From: Eubacteriales bacterium | GTDB taxonomy: Bacteria > Bacillota > Clostridia > Oscillospirales > CAG-382 | NCBI GenBank assembly: GCA_045643125.1 | Contig: JAZUKE010000085.1 | Coordinates: 8,992 to 72,991, forward strand | Length of the DNA: 64,000 bases | Direction: 5' to 3' | Shown here: one piece after another, positions 44,580-55,271 of the stretch | Position numbering within the stretch: the stretch's first letter is position 1 | Layout: each line of letters starts with the position of its first letter | Translations under genes and position numbers: made by a program | The notes under the pieces: model-generated | Databases searched by the model: none | What the model was told of the DNA's origin: nothing | The model's input: only the letters and a program-made list of their open reading frames with translations

Positions 44580-45217
44580 TTGTTTGCGTCTGCTTCCTCA
44601 GTTTGAGCGTCAAACCACTGGGTTATGACGGCGGAAACGCACGGAGTGAGTTTTTTGAAATCCCATCCGGAGGAATTGACGATGAGATTATACGCCTTGC
44701 GGTCGCCCCAGGGAGTGTCGGCGATCATTTCTCTTGCCTTGCGGCGGGCTTTGTCGATCTGTTTCATCTTGGTGAACATTTCCTTTGCGGTGATGTTCTC
44801 GCCGTTTGCGGCACGTTCGGCACAGCGGAGAAGCTTGGTGTTGACGTCGGCACAGACAAAGATGTTGAACGGCTTATATTCGGCAAGGAGGATATCGGCG
44901 TTTCTGCCGATGATGACGCAGTCGCGTCCCTTTTTGGCGATGTTCTTGATAACGTCGGTCTGCTCGCGCAGAAGCTGAAGCTGAGACGACTGGATCATTT
45001 CGGGCATATGGAACGACTGACGCATAGTAAGGCTGACCGTGGGCGGGAACGAATGGTTGAGCATATACTTGGCGTAATCGGCGTTGACGCCGCAGTTTTC
45101 CGCGATGGAATTGATGATCTCGCGGTCGTAATAATCGTAACCGAGGTATTCGGCGATACGTTTTCCGAGTTCTCTGCCGCCGCTTCCGAATTCACGGCTT
45201 ATTGTAACTATTCTCAT
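44576..45217 (-). CDS. Cytidylate-kinase-like family protein
   Basis: 213 aa with N-terminus MRIVTISREFGSGGRELGKRIAEYLGYDYYDRE. Confidence 0.8.
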   Translation of the reverse strand: MRIVTISREFGSGGRELGKRIAEYLGYDYYDREIINSIAENCGVNADYAKYMLNHSFPPTVSLTMRQSFHMPEMIQSSQLQLLREQTDVIKNIAKKGRDCVIIGRNADILLAEYKPFNIFVCADVNTKLLRCAERAANGENITAKEMFTKMKQIDKARRKAREMIADTPWGDRKAYNLIVNSSGWDFKKLTPCVSAVITQWFDAQTEEADANK

Positions 45218-45247
45218 AATAAATTGCTCCTTTATAATAAATTATTT

Positions 45248-45724
45248 TTATACCGTAATATCTGCGTAAGTGAATCTGATGGCTTTTGAAACGTCGGACG
45301 GCGAGACTTCGACCTGATATCCGACTTTTCCGGCGCTGAAATATATTTTTTCAAACGCCGAAGCGCTTTCGTGGAACACGGTGGTAAAAAACTTTTTCAT
45401 CCCTATCGGCGAACAGCCGCCGTGGATATAACCCGTAAGGGGCAGCAGCTCCTTCTGCGGCAGCATTTCGACCGCCTTTTCGCCGACAGCCTTTGCCGCC
45501 TTTTTAAGGTCAAGCTCCTTTGCGACAGGAATGACGAAAACGTAATGATCCCCGCTTTTTCCCGTAGTCACGAGAGTTTTGAACACCCTTTCGGGATCTT
45601 CGCCGAGAAGACGGGCGATCTCCGTACCTACCGTGACGGGCGAATCGGTATAGCAAAAGCCGGTGTAAGGTATCTTCTTTTGTTCCAGCACCCGCATAAC
45701 ATTGGTTTTTTCGTCTTTTGACAT
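45248..45724 (-). CDS. ybaK: Cys-tRNA(Pro)/Cys-tRNA(Cys) deacylase YbaK
   Basis: 158 aa (TNVMRVLEQKKIPY..., GYIHGGCSPIGMKK). Confidence 0.85.
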   Translation of the reverse strand: MSKDEKTNVMRVLEQKKIPYTGFCYTDSPVTVGTEIARLLGEDPERVFKTLVTTGKSGDHYVFVIPVAKELDLKKAAKAVGEKAVEMLPQKELLPLTGYIHGGCSPIGMKKFFTTVFHESASAFEKIYFSAGKVGYQVEVSPSDVSKAIRFTYADITV

Positions 45725-45858
45725 TCCGGCATCCTCTGAAAAGCTGTTTTCCGTGTATATCTTGCTTACGGTGTTATTCTATCAAAATTATTGCTTCAAG
45801 TCAATAGTTTCGAAAAAAAATCACTTGCATATCACTTATGTACGGAATATAATATGAA

Positions 45859-47883
45859 TTATTCCACGTCCAGCTCCGCTATCGAGGTAAAATGCACGCT
45901 GCCGCCTGCCGAACCGATGACACGGACACCGTAGCACGCCGTCGGTGTGCCGAGCGTGAAGGTGTACGTTTCATAAGCCGCGCCGAAAGCGGACTGACTG
46001 TCGGAATCCGGGTAGTCGGGGCTGACGGTGCAATCGGCTTTCACCCATTCGCCGTCGATAAGTATTTCAAGGCGGAGACTTCCGTTCTTGAACCATCCGC
46101 CGTTGTCAAAATGTGCGCCCTCGGTGAACGCAACGGAAGAAACCGTTTTTTCTCCGCGGAAGATGTAGCCGAAGTATTCCTCGTGGTCGGTGTAATTGTA
46201 GCAGAACGTGTCGTACTGCACTTTTCCGTAAAATTCGTTCGTTTTCGGAACATATCCGTCCCTGATTATTTCGGAATCGTGGCAGCCTGCGCCCATCGGC
46301 TCGCCGACGGACACGATAAGTATGCTGTTCTGCTCAAGCGTTCTGCTTTCATCGTCGGGATCGACGGGGTTTTCGATGTCCGTTATCTCCACGTCGTATG
46401 TCGCGGACGAGGTTTTGCCGCCGAGGCTCACGGTGTAAGTGATGGTGTATTTTCCGTTTTGGGTGTACTGATACGAGCCGGTGAAGAAAGGCAGCACCGT
46501 GCCGTCGCCCATATCAAGCGTATGCTTGATCTTGCCCGCGTCACCTCCGACGGGAACAGACACGTCGGAAGCAATGTTTATCTTGCCGTCGGAAACGGCT
46601 TCGGCGGTGAAATACGCAACTATCTCGTCGTCGCCCCACTGCTCAAACGTAACGGGAGTATAAGAAATGTCAACGGGTATCTCAAAGATACCCTCCTTTT
46701 CTTCCGCACCGTAAATGGCGAGAGTTTCTTTCATAAGGTCAAAGCTGACGTTCACGCAGTCGTCAAAAGTGAAGTCGGTATATGAAAATTTTGCGGTATT
46801 TCTGTCGAGCGAACGGACGTATATATCGTCGAGCGCGTCATATCCGTACAGAGTGCCGAGTATCGCGGCGGCGCTTGACGGGTTGCAGTCGCTGTCCTGA
46901 CCGCAACGCATAGATATTTCAATGGTTTTTGCCATATCGCCGTCGCCCCAGAGAAGCCCGATAAGCACAAAAGCGGCGTTCAGTTTGGCGTCGATATCGG
47001 CGTCGCCGTCCTTGTAGCGGATACATTTGGCGGTCTTTCTCCAATTACCGTCTATCTGCTTCCAGCAGTCTTCCCAGGTCATACCTTTTTCGTAACATTC
47101 GGTCACTTCGTCGATGACTGAACGGAATTTCGTCCCTTCGGGGATGACGAGACGAGCCGCCTCGGTGACTTCTTCGATGCTTTCCGCAAAGAAAGCCGCC
47201 GAATGGAGGGCTGCAACGTAAACGCCGCCGTAAACGCCGTCGCCGTAGTTGGTGATATGCCCGATATCGAATGCGCGTTTTGCCGCTTCGTTCACAAGTC
47301 CCGGGTAGAAATTGCCGAGGAAATCGGCTTCGATCTGCCAGTCTATGTCGTCGGCGTGGTAGTTATAGAGATAACTTCCGCTGTCGGGTGCGGGAATACC
47401 GCGCTTTAAGTTTTCCCTGCCCTGCAGATTCGCGTGGTCAAGGTCGAAAAGCGTGTTTTTGAAATATTCGGCAATGACCGTGATACCGCAGTCAGAGCCG
47501 TTGTCCTTCATCGCTTCGATGAACGGAATCTCGACGTAAAGGTCGTCCTGCGAAAAAGCCGAATTTATCATTTCGCTTTTCCATTCCGGCACGTTTGCTT
47601 CGGGGACGGTCTTGCCGCAGTACAGAAATTCGGTCGGTGCGCCCCAGGTGACGCCTATCATCTGAGCCGCCCAGGAGCCGGCTATCTTGTCGCGCAGTAC
47701 GTCGGACGAGATCGTCTTCATTTCGGTCGTCGGCACTTCTTCGGCAGACGTATCAGCCGACGTCTCCGCGGAAACTGCTTCCGAGCTTTCGCCAGAAACG
47801 TCCGTTCCGACAGTCGTTCCGCACGCAAAAAGCGAAAAAGCGGCAAGCGCGGCGATAAGTAAAAGGGAGATAAGTTTTTTCAT
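45859..47883 (-). CDS. Lipoprotein with an ADP-ribosylglycohydrolase-like domain and a C-terminal beta-rich domain
   Basis: Lipobox LFAC. CGQDSDCNPSSAAAILG resembles the ARH C-terminal metal-binding motif. 674 aa. Confidence 0.6.
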   Translation of the reverse strand: MKKLISLLLIAALAAFSLFACGTTVGTDVSGESSEAVSAETSADTSAEEVPTTEMKTISSDVLRDKIAGSWAAQMIGVTWGAPTEFLYCGKTVPEANVPEWKSEMINSAFSQDDLYVEIPFIEAMKDNGSDCGITVIAEYFKNTLFDLDHANLQGRENLKRGIPAPDSGSYLYNYHADDIDWQIEADFLGNFYPGLVNEAAKRAFDIGHITNYGDGVYGGVYVAALHSAAFFAESIEEVTEAARLVIPEGTKFRSVIDEVTECYEKGMTWEDCWKQIDGNWRKTAKCIRYKDGDADIDAKLNAAFVLIGLLWGDGDMAKTIEISMRCGQDSDCNPSSAAAILGTLYGYDALDDIYVRSLDRNTAKFSYTDFTFDDCVNVSFDLMKETLAIYGAEEKEGIFEIPVDISYTPVTFEQWGDDEIVAYFTAEAVSDGKINIASDVSVPVGGDAGKIKHTLDMGDGTVLPFFTGSYQYTQNGKYTITYTVSLGGKTSSATYDVEITDIENPVDPDDESRTLEQNSILIVSVGEPMGAGCHDSEIIRDGYVPKTNEFYGKVQYDTFCYNYTDHEEYFGYIFRGEKTVSSVAFTEGAHFDNGGWFKNGSLRLEILIDGEWVKADCTVSPDYPDSDSQSAFGAAYETYTFTLGTPTACYGVRVIGSAGGSVHFTSIAELDVE

Positions 47884-48025
47884 TTCGTTCTTCCTTCCGT
47901 TTTTTTCTTAAATTATAATATCCATTCCGTTCATTGTCAACAAATAGTTATGCGAATTATTTTGCAAAAACTATGGAAAAACGCGATAAACTGTGATAAG
48001 ATAAAAGAAAAAGGAGTGTGGGTTT

Positions 48026-49126
48026 ATGGAAAGAATAAAAAAGAATTTCGGATTCGGCTGTATGCGGCTCCCTATGGACGGTGAAAAGGTCGATCTGCCG
48101 CAGTTTTCCGTTATGGTCGATAAATTCCTCGAAAGCGGATTCAACTATTTCGATACCGCGCACGGATATCTGAGCGGGCAGAGCGAAGTTGCGGTGAGGG
48201 AATGTCTGACAAGCCGTTACCCGCGTGACGCTTACGTTCTCACCGACAAGCTCAGCGGATTTATGTTTGAAAAGGAAGAAGATATCAGACGTGTGTTCGC
48301 CGAACAGCTTGAAATATGCGGAGTCGATTATTTTGATTTTTACCTTATGCACGCGCAGCACGCCGGAAACTATGTGAAATTCTGCGATTGCCGTGCCTAT
48401 GAGACCGCGTATGAACTGAAAAAAGAAGGCAAAATAAGGCATCTCGGTCTTTCGTTCCACGACAGCCCCGAGATGCTCGAAAAAATACTGAGTGAAAAGC
48501 CGTTTGTCGAAGTCGTGCAATTACAGATAAACTATCTCGATTACGACGACAACCGCGTTCAGGGCAGAAAATGCCTTGATATCTGCCGCAAATACGGCAA
48601 AAAAGTCATCGTTATGGAGCCGGTCAAGGGCGGCAGCCTTGTGAATATCCCGGACGACGCGAAGAAAGTATTTGCGTCTCTCGGCAACGACAATGCCGCG
48701 TCCTACGCGCTCCGCTTTGCCGCAGGCTGCGAAAACGTGTTTATGGTGCTTTCGGGAATGAGCGATATCGCGCAGGTAGAAGACAACATAAAAACGATGA
48801 AGGATTACGCTCCGCTGAACGACACGGAAACGGAAGCCGTAAACAAGGTCTGCTCCATAATCAGAGGGCTTGCGATCCCCTGCACCGGCTGCCGCTACTG
48901 CACCGACGGATGCCCGATGAAGATCGCCATTCCGAACATCATTTCGGCTCTCAATGCGGAAAAAATGTTCGGCAAAGACGGAAAAGGGCACTACGATTAC
49001 GTCATAAAAAGCGGATCGGGAAAAGCCGGCGAATGTATAAAATGCGGTCAGTGCGAGGACGTCTGCCCGCAGAAGCTGAATATACGCGATATCCTTGAAA
49101 AAGCCGCCGAAAAATACGAAAAATAA
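48026..49126 (+). CDS. Aldo/keto reductase with a C-terminal 2x[4Fe-4S] ferredoxin-like domain
   Basis: The AKR N-terminus (FGFGCMRLP, FDTAHGY) plus CTGCRYCTDGCP and CIKCGQCEDVCP. Confidence 0.85.
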   Translation: MERIKKNFGFGCMRLPMDGEKVDLPQFSVMVDKFLESGFNYFDTAHGYLSGQSEVAVRECLTSRYPRDAYVLTDKLSGFMFEKEEDIRRVFAEQLEICGVDYFDFYLMHAQHAGNYVKFCDCRAYETAYELKKEGKIRHLGLSFHDSPEMLEKILSEKPFVEVVQLQINYLDYDDNRVQGRKCLDICRKYGKKVIVMEPVKGGSLVNIPDDAKKVFASLGNDNAASYALRFAAGCENVFMVLSGMSDIAQVEDNIKTMKDYAPLNDTETEAVNKVCSIIRGLAIPCTGCRYCTDGCPMKIAIPNIISALNAEKMFGKDGKGHYDYVIKSGSGKAGECIKCGQCEDVCPQKLNIRDILEKAAEKYEK

Positions 49127-49137
49127 GGTCAGTTTTT

Positions 49138-50490
49138 ATGGAAAACAAGCTTGAAAATGTAATTAAAAAGTACGACAGTTACGACTATTACGTCAAAAGC
49201 AAGATCGAGCGCGACACCGAGGAAAACCGCAAAGGTCAGTTTGCGCTCACTTTCACCGACAAAGACGGAAACGCACTCGACAACGTACAATATAAGGTGA
49301 CACAGAAAACGCACGAATTCAACTTCGGCGCGACTACGTTCTGGCTCGGCGGTTTCGGTGACGAGCGCGATGATATCTTTGAAGAAAGATTCACCAAAAT
49401 ATTCAACTACGCCGTACTTCCGATGTATTGGGACACGCTCGAACCGGAAAAAGGAAAGCCGAGATTCGGAAAAGACAGCGTTTCCGTTTACCGCCGTCCG
49501 CCGTTCGACACGTCGGTGGAGTTCTGCGAAAAGAACGGGTTAAGGATGAAAGGTCATTGCCTTGTCTACAACGCTTTTCAGCCGGACTGGATACCCGAAG
49601 ACCCAAGAGAGCTTAAAATACTTATCGAAAAGCGCGTCAAGGAGATCGCCGACCGCTACGGAAACATTTTCGTCGATATGGACGTCATCAACGAGATGAT
49701 AACCGTATACAAGAACGCATACCCCGGCAACGGGTCGAGAAATCTTCCGATCACCGACGAAGACGATCACGAAAAATGGGCGTTTGAGCTTGCAAAAAAG
49801 TATTTCCCTTACACACGTCTTTTCTGGAACGAGGGCGGCTATGAGACCTTCGGTGATCCCGCCTATAAAGGCAACCGCAGTTTTTACTATATGGCTCTGA
49901 AAGACAACATTGCAAAAGGCGCGCCCATCGGCGGCATCGGTATGCAGTATCATTGCTACGCGCACCGCGACAGAGCCGACGCCGAACTCAAAACGCTCTG
50001 CAATCCTCTCCGCCTTCTCGACGTCTTTGAAAGATACGGCGATTTCGGGCTTCCGATACACATTTCGGAAATAAACATTCCTTCGTGGTCGAACGACGAA
50101 TACGACGAGGAACTGCAATCCGAACTGACAAAGCGTCTTTTCACGCTCTGGTTCTCGCAGAAAAACGTGAAAGCGACGGTGTGGTGGAACTTTGCCGACG
50201 GCACCGCCTACGGCAGCGAAAACAAGTATTTCGGCGGACTTATCCGCAACGACTGCACCGTGAAGCCCGCTTACAAAGTCCTCGACGAACTGATAAACAA
50301 AACGTGGAGGACGAATATTGACGGTTTTACCGACAAACGTCTGAATTTCCGCGGCTTTTACGGCGATTATGAGGTCGAAGCGGTCTGCGGCGAGAAGAAA
50401 GCACGCACGACATTACGTCTTTATTCCGACAACACCGGTTACGACAACAGGCTCTGCGATTTCAGAAGCAAAAAGATAGTGCTTGAATAA
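49138..50490 (+). CDS. GH10-like glycoside hydrolase (endo-beta-1,4-xylanase family), cytoplasmic
   Basis: MDVINE (acid/base Glu context) and HISEINIP (nucleophile context) resemble the GH10 WDVVNE and ITELDI motifs. There is no signal peptide. Confidence 0.65.
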   Translation: MENKLENVIKKYDSYDYYVKSKIERDTEENRKGQFALTFTDKDGNALDNVQYKVTQKTHEFNFGATTFWLGGFGDERDDIFEERFTKIFNYAVLPMYWDTLEPEKGKPRFGKDSVSVYRRPPFDTSVEFCEKNGLRMKGHCLVYNAFQPDWIPEDPRELKILIEKRVKEIADRYGNIFVDMDVINEMITVYKNAYPGNGSRNLPITDEDDHEKWAFELAKKYFPYTRLFWNEGGYETFGDPAYKGNRSFYYMALKDNIAKGAPIGGIGMQYHCYAHRDRADAELKTLCNPLRLLDVFERYGDFGLPIHISEINIPSWSNDEYDEELQSELTKRLFTLWFSQKNVKATVWWNFADGTAYGSENKYFGGLIRNDCTVKPAYKVLDELINKTWRTNIDGFTDKRLNFRGFYGDYEVEAVCGEKKARTTLRLYSDNTGYDNRLCDFRSKKIVLE

Positions 50491-50493
50491 AAA

Positions 50494-51849
50494 TCACTTG
50501 TTTTTATCTCTCATCAATCTTTCGAGTATCACGAACGCCGCGATGGCGAGTACGAATTCGGCGACGAGCTGCGCGTAGGCAAGACCGTACATCGGGAAAA
50601 GTCTGTCAAGCACGAAAAGCGCGGGTATTTCAAGCACGACCTTTCGCAGTATCGCAAAGATGAGCGACTGCTTGCCCATTCCGCACGCCTGAAAGATGCC
50701 TACCGCGAGGAAATCGAAGAACAAAAACGGAAGCGCGACAGACGCACCGCGTAAAAACGCTCCGCCGTATTCCACGACTTCGCCGTTTTCCATAAACATT
50801 TTTATTATCGGCGACGGGAAGAAGAACACCACGGCGGTCGCCGCAACGGTGAACGCACCCGCGACAAGCTCGGTAAAGCGGATCGTGTCCTTCATACGCT
50901 TTCGGTCGCCCGACGAGAAATTGTAGCCGACGAGCGGCATTATCCCCTGCCCGATACCCATTGAAACGTAAAGCGGCACCATTGCCACCTTGTGGGTGAT
51001 GCCCATTGCCGAGACCGCGTTGTCGCCGTAGGCGGACATAAAGTTGTTCAGCACCGTCATTCCGGTGACGTTGAGCAGGTTTTGTATCGACGCGGGAACG
51101 CCCACGCCGAACACGCCCGTGAATATCCTTTTGTTGATGCGCAGATTCTTTATCGAAATGCTGACGAAGGTGTCGCCTCTTTTAAGTACGAGATAGACGA
51201 AGAAATAAAGGCAGGCGACGCAGTTGGAGATCAGCGTTGCAAGTCCTGCACCGGACGCGCCCATACCAAGCCCCCAATCCATTATGAAAAACGGATCGAG
51301 CAGCATATTCAGCGCGCAGCCGCTCATAGTGCCTATGCTGGCGTGCAGCGCCGCGCCCTCGGAACGGACGAGGTTTGCCATTACGACGTTAAGCATCGAC
51401 GGTATCGCGCCGAGAGTCACCGTCCAGAACAGATATCCGGCGGTAGATGCGGAGTTGGTCGGGTTTGCGCCGAGGATGTGAAGCAGTCCCGGTCTGAACA
51501 GAGTCGCCGCAAGCGAAAATGCGATGCCGCAGAAAAGCGCACCGTAAAAGCCGAGAGCGGAGCTGCGTTTGACCGAGTCGTAGTCCTTTGCGCCGAGTGA
51601 ACGGCTCATCATACTTGAACATCCCGTGCCGAACAGGTTTGTCACGGCGTTGAACGCGAGAAGCACGGGAGCGGCAAGCGTCACCGCGCTCGTCTCGACG
51701 GGATCGTTGAGTTTGCCGACAAAATATGTATCGGCAAGGTTATACAGCACCATAACGAGGCAAGCCGCCACGGTGGGAATGGCGAGCGACGCGACCGCTT
51801 TGGGTACCGGCGTGCGCTCGAAAAGTTCTTCTTTGGAGTTGTTTTTCAT
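50494..51849 (-). CDS. MATE family efflux transporter
   Basis: 451 aa, 12 TM helices, and a typical MATE N-terminus (PVPKAVASLAIPTVAACLVMVLYNLADTYFVG). Confidence 0.9.
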   Translation of the reverse strand: MKNNSKEELFERTPVPKAVASLAIPTVAACLVMVLYNLADTYFVGKLNDPVETSAVTLAAPVLLAFNAVTNLFGTGCSSMMSRSLGAKDYDSVKRSSALGFYGALFCGIAFSLAATLFRPGLLHILGANPTNSASTAGYLFWTVTLGAIPSMLNVVMANLVRSEGAALHASIGTMSGCALNMLLDPFFIMDWGLGMGASGAGLATLISNCVACLYFFVYLVLKRGDTFVSISIKNLRINKRIFTGVFGVGVPASIQNLLNVTGMTVLNNFMSAYGDNAVSAMGITHKVAMVPLYVSMGIGQGIMPLVGYNFSSGDRKRMKDTIRFTELVAGAFTVAATAVVFFFPSPIIKMFMENGEVVEYGGAFLRGASVALPFLFFDFLAVGIFQACGMGKQSLIFAILRKVVLEIPALFVLDRLFPMYGLAYAQLVAEFVLAIAAFVILERLMRDKNK

Positions 51850-51864
51850 TGCGTGTTTCTTTCT

Positions 51865-52668
51865 TTAATCGAATAGTCTGTACTTGGTATAAGCGAAATA
51901 TTCGCGGACGTAGTAGAACGGGACGAGTAAGAGCTTGCCCGTGCTGCCCATTGTGTATATATCGGAAAATCCGTACTTTTCCGCGATAAGGGAAGCACGG
52001 AAAAGGTGGAACGAGGACGAAACGACGGTTATCTTTGAGTTCTCGCTTCCGCCGTTTTCTTTTATCAGCTCAAGCGAATACTTAAAATTTTCGTCCGTGG
52101 ACGTGCTTTTTTCCTCCGTGAGTATCCGTTCCTCGGCGATCCCGAGTGACAGAAGCATTCTCCGCGCCGCGATCCCTTCGGAGATCTGTTCGTCGTTCCC
52201 CTTTCCGCCCGTCGTTATGACGACGGATGCCGGGTTCTCGGCAAGATAAGACGCGGCAAGCCGTATCCTTTCGGCAAACTCCATTGACGGAGTTTCGCCG
52301 TTCACCTTTGCGCCGAGGATTATGACGTAATCGGAATCGTCGGTTTCTTTTCCCCGGGACGCATAGATTATCCGCGCTTCGCACACGGCGAAGTCGGCAA
52401 AAATGACGGCAAAGAGAGTAAGAAGCACTATTTTCGTGACCATTCCCGTCTTTTTTATCCTTTCCCAAAAATATGAAAGCAGTATGAGTGCGGCACCGAC
52501 GGCAATAAAAACGTAGGCGAACGGTCTGTACAGCCCGACACAGACGCCGTAAAAAGCAATGAGCGAGCCGAGAAGCGCGACTGCCGTGCGGAAAACACCG
52601 TAAGCTCTGATCCTTTTTTTCACTGTTGCTCCTTTCGATATGTATTCGATATTCATATCCGTTTTCAT
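51865..52668 (-). CDS. DUF218/YdcF (ElyC/SanA-like) membrane protein
   Basis: I take the start at MKTDMNIEY (ATGA overlap with the upstream stop). TM helices are followed by a DUF218 core (YVIILGAKVNG..., VVSSSFHLFRA). Confidence 0.8.
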   Translation of the reverse strand: MKTDMNIEYISKGATVKKRIRAYGVFRTAVALLGSLIAFYGVCVGLYRPFAYVFIAVGAALILLSYFWERIKKTGMVTKIVLLTLFAVIFADFAVCEARIIYASRGKETDDSDYVIILGAKVNGETPSMEFAERIRLAASYLAENPASVVITTGGKGNDEQISEGIAARRMLLSLGIAEERILTEEKSTSTDENFKYSLELIKENGGSENSKITVVSSSFHLFRASLIAEKYGFSDIYTMGSTGKLLLVPFYYVREYFAYTKYRLFD

Positions 52669-53402
52669 ATTACCGGACGCTCTTTTCCGAGGGAAACAAG
52701 CCCGCATTTTGCCATAAGGAATTCGGCATCGTCCACAGCCTTGCCGCGGGTGAAAACTGCGGCGAACATATACTTTCCGTCTTCGTTCTTTATTACGCCT
52801 ATCTCGTTCAGCACTCCGTCGATGCTGCCGCCTTTGCCGTAAAATTCGACGTTTTTGTCGTAAACATATTTCATAATGCCGTTGAGTGACTTGTATCTGC
52901 CCATAATTTCGCGTCCCATCGGGTATGAAAGCACATACTTCATCGCTTTGAGGCAGTCGGAAGCGCACGACAGATTGTCGTGCCCTTTCTTTATCGCGTC
53001 GTAGTCGAGCATCTTTCTGCCGACGACGGTGCATTCGGTTTGCAATACGTCACGGCAGAACGTGTTGAGTTCATCAAATCCGGCATCCTCAAAAAGCATA
53101 TTCGTCGCGGTGTTGTCGCTGTTTGCCATCATAAAGATAAGCAGTTCTTTCACCGATGCGTAAGTAAGCCCAAGCTCCGTCACCGTGCTGAATTCGATGT
53201 GCTTTTCCGTGGGGATATCAATCACGCGGTCAAAGTCCTTTTCGTAAGTCAGATAGTACGCCAGCACGAACGTCTTGATGACGCTTGCCGTCATAAAACA
53301 CTTGTGCGCGTTGTGCGAAACGATATCTTCCCCGCCTTCGAGCGGACATATAAGCACGCCGTTGTCGCCGCAGAAATACCCGCTTAAATCTATTTTGCCC
53401 AT
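52665..53402 (-). CDS. Class-A beta-lactamase-related serine hydrolase
   Basis: I take the start at MGKIDLSGYF (after GGAG). SxxK motif TASVIKT. About 245 aa. Confidence 0.65.
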   Translation of the reverse strand: MGKIDLSGYFCGDNGVLICPLEGGEDIVSHNAHKCFMTASVIKTFVLAYYLTYEKDFDRVIDIPTEKHIEFSTVTELGLTYASVKELLIFMMANSDNTATNMLFEDAGFDELNTFCRDVLQTECTVVGRKMLDYDAIKKGHDNLSCASDCLKAMKYVLSYPMGREIMGRYKSLNGIMKYVYDKNVEFYGKGGSIDGVLNEIGVIKNEDGKYMFAAVFTRGKAVDDAEFLMAKCGLVSLGKERPVI

Positions 53403-53421
53403 ACCAAAAACTCCTTTATAA

Positions 53422-55122
53422 TTATTTAATAGGAAACGCAAACTGCGCGGCGGCGCACCATTTTTCGCTTACGAATTCCCTGCCGCGAAGCAGTATGTAG
53501 TCCTCGTATACTTCGATATAATATCCTTCGGAGCCGCCCGTGGAATCGTTGTCGTCCGTCCACAGATAGCCTACCGCACCGCAGTTGACGAACGAAGCGT
53601 CGCTTCCGTTCCCGTAGGACACGGGACCTTCGCTTTCAAACGTCCAATGCGTGTGTCCCGTGAAAAGTATGGCGTTCGGGTATTCCCCGAGTATTTTGCG
53701 CAGTCTTGTGTTTGCGCCCGAAAAGCCGTACCAATACTGAACGTCGGGGTCTTTTGAATAGAACGAGCCCGACACCGTTTCGACAAGCGGCTGATGCATA
53801 AACAGATATACCGGCTTTTCTTTGCCGACGGACGCAAGCTCGTTTTCGAGCCAGTCGAGCTGCGACGTGTGCATCACGCCTTCGCCTACCTGCTCGTCCG
53901 AGCCGAGGACGATGAATTTCGTGCCTTCAAGCTCCACGGAATAATGCACGCCGGGCATACCCGTGTACTTTTTGAACATTTCGACCTGGCTCGTATACGT
54001 TCCGTTGAACACAAGATCGTGATTCCCGACGGTGAAATATATCGGGATTTCCGAATCCTCCATACCCTCGTCAATGGTTTTGAAGAGCAGTTCGTAGTTC
54101 TCGACCGTTCCCTTGTCGGTGTTGTCGCCGACGGTGAAAATGGCGATGCTTTCGGGAGCGAGAGCGTTTATTTCGCGCAGCGCGGTCTTGAGGTGCGATA
54201 TGTGCGCGGCTCTGTCACTTGTGATATGCAGGTCGGTAAGCACCGAGAAACGATAAAGCAGCTTTGAATCTGTCAGCTTGAGCGTGCCGTCGGCGGAAAC
54301 GTAAAGCGGAGCGGATTCGCCCTCTTTGACTTTTATTTCGATCCCATCGGCGTCTTCCGGCATAAACAGGCAGTCGTTGAAGCTGATGACGAATTTTTCG
54401 CCGCCCTTATGCTTCGTTTGCGCTATGGGCGCGTAGGAAGAGACGGCTTTGTTCCCGCTGCTCCAGCTCACGATATAGGTAAGCTCCTTTTCACTCGACG
54501 GAGTTATTTCGACATACGCTTTACCGACGCCGTTATTCTTTTCGGAATGATATACCGCGTCCGACACGCCGTAATCGGTTTTGTCTTCGGAAAGTATTAT
54601 GATGCTCACGCGGTCAAGCACGTCGTAGCCGTCGTTGTCGCAAAGGTAAATGTCATAGCATCCGCCCTCTTTGAGAGCGCCTGCGTTGAATGTCAGCGTG
54701 CCGTTTCCCACCGAATACTGCCACACGAGCGAGTTCATCGAACCCGGCTCGACGAATTCGGGATAGATGCCTACCCAGTCGAGCTTGTCCGTGTTTTTAT
54801 AATAGACCGTGATCTTTTCTTTGAGTGTGTATGTATCTTTATCCGTATAGATATACGGGTAGTCCGGCTCTGTCTCTTCGGAAACGATGCTTTCTTCCGG
54901 CAGGCTTGCTTCTTCTGCGCTTTCCGCGGAACTTTCCGCGGAGCTTTCAGCCGGTATTTCCTCCGACATTGTGACGGATATTTCTTCTGACATTTCCGGA
55001 ACGTAAACAGCGGAGTTTTCGCTTTCGGTTTTTGAGTTTTCGTTTTCGGTCATTGTGCATCCTCCCGCAAACAATATTCCCGCCGCAAGAAGCAGAGAGA
55101 TGAGCCTTTTCTTTTTTACCAA
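53422..55122 (-). CDS. Lipoprotein metallophosphoesterase (calcineurin-like)
   Basis: Lipobox FAGGC. Motifs DLHITSD, GDNTDKG, GNHD and GHTH. Confidence 0.8.
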   Translation of the reverse strand: MVKKKRLISLLLAAGILFAGGCTMTENENSKTESENSAVYVPEMSEEISVTMSEEIPAESSAESSAESAEEASLPEESIVSEETEPDYPYIYTDKDTYTLKEKITVYYKNTDKLDWVGIYPEFVEPGSMNSLVWQYSVGNGTLTFNAGALKEGGCYDIYLCDNDGYDVLDRVSIIILSEDKTDYGVSDAVYHSEKNNGVGKAYVEITPSSEKELTYIVSWSSGNKAVSSYAPIAQTKHKGGEKFVISFNDCLFMPEDADGIEIKVKEGESAPLYVSADGTLKLTDSKLLYRFSVLTDLHITSDRAAHISHLKTALREINALAPESIAIFTVGDNTDKGTVENYELLFKTIDEGMEDSEIPIYFTVGNHDLVFNGTYTSQVEMFKKYTGMPGVHYSVELEGTKFIVLGSDEQVGEGVMHTSQLDWLENELASVGKEKPVYLFMHQPLVETVSGSFYSKDPDVQYWYGFSGANTRLRKILGEYPNAILFTGHTHWTFESEGPVSYGNGSDASFVNCGAVGYLWTDDNDSTGGSEGYYIEVYEDYILLRGREFVSEKWCAAAQFAFPIK

Positions 55123-55271
55123 AACAATACCACCTTTTTTGGGATTTTGTCTATTATATCACAAATAAGTGAAAATAACAACAAAATTATGTTAAATTTC
55201 AGTCTTGGAAAGAAGCGGCGGCGCGTATATAATATTCAATGTAATGTTATGTTTTGTGAAGGTCACTGATT

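Noticed and set aside
51865-53034. 389-aa version of the DUF218 gene, and the 53441 start of the beta-lactamase-like gene.
   Set aside because: The N-terminal extensions are Arg-rich and overlap the upstream genes. Internal starts with an ATGA overlap (52668) or a GGAG RBS (53402) give proteins of normal family length.
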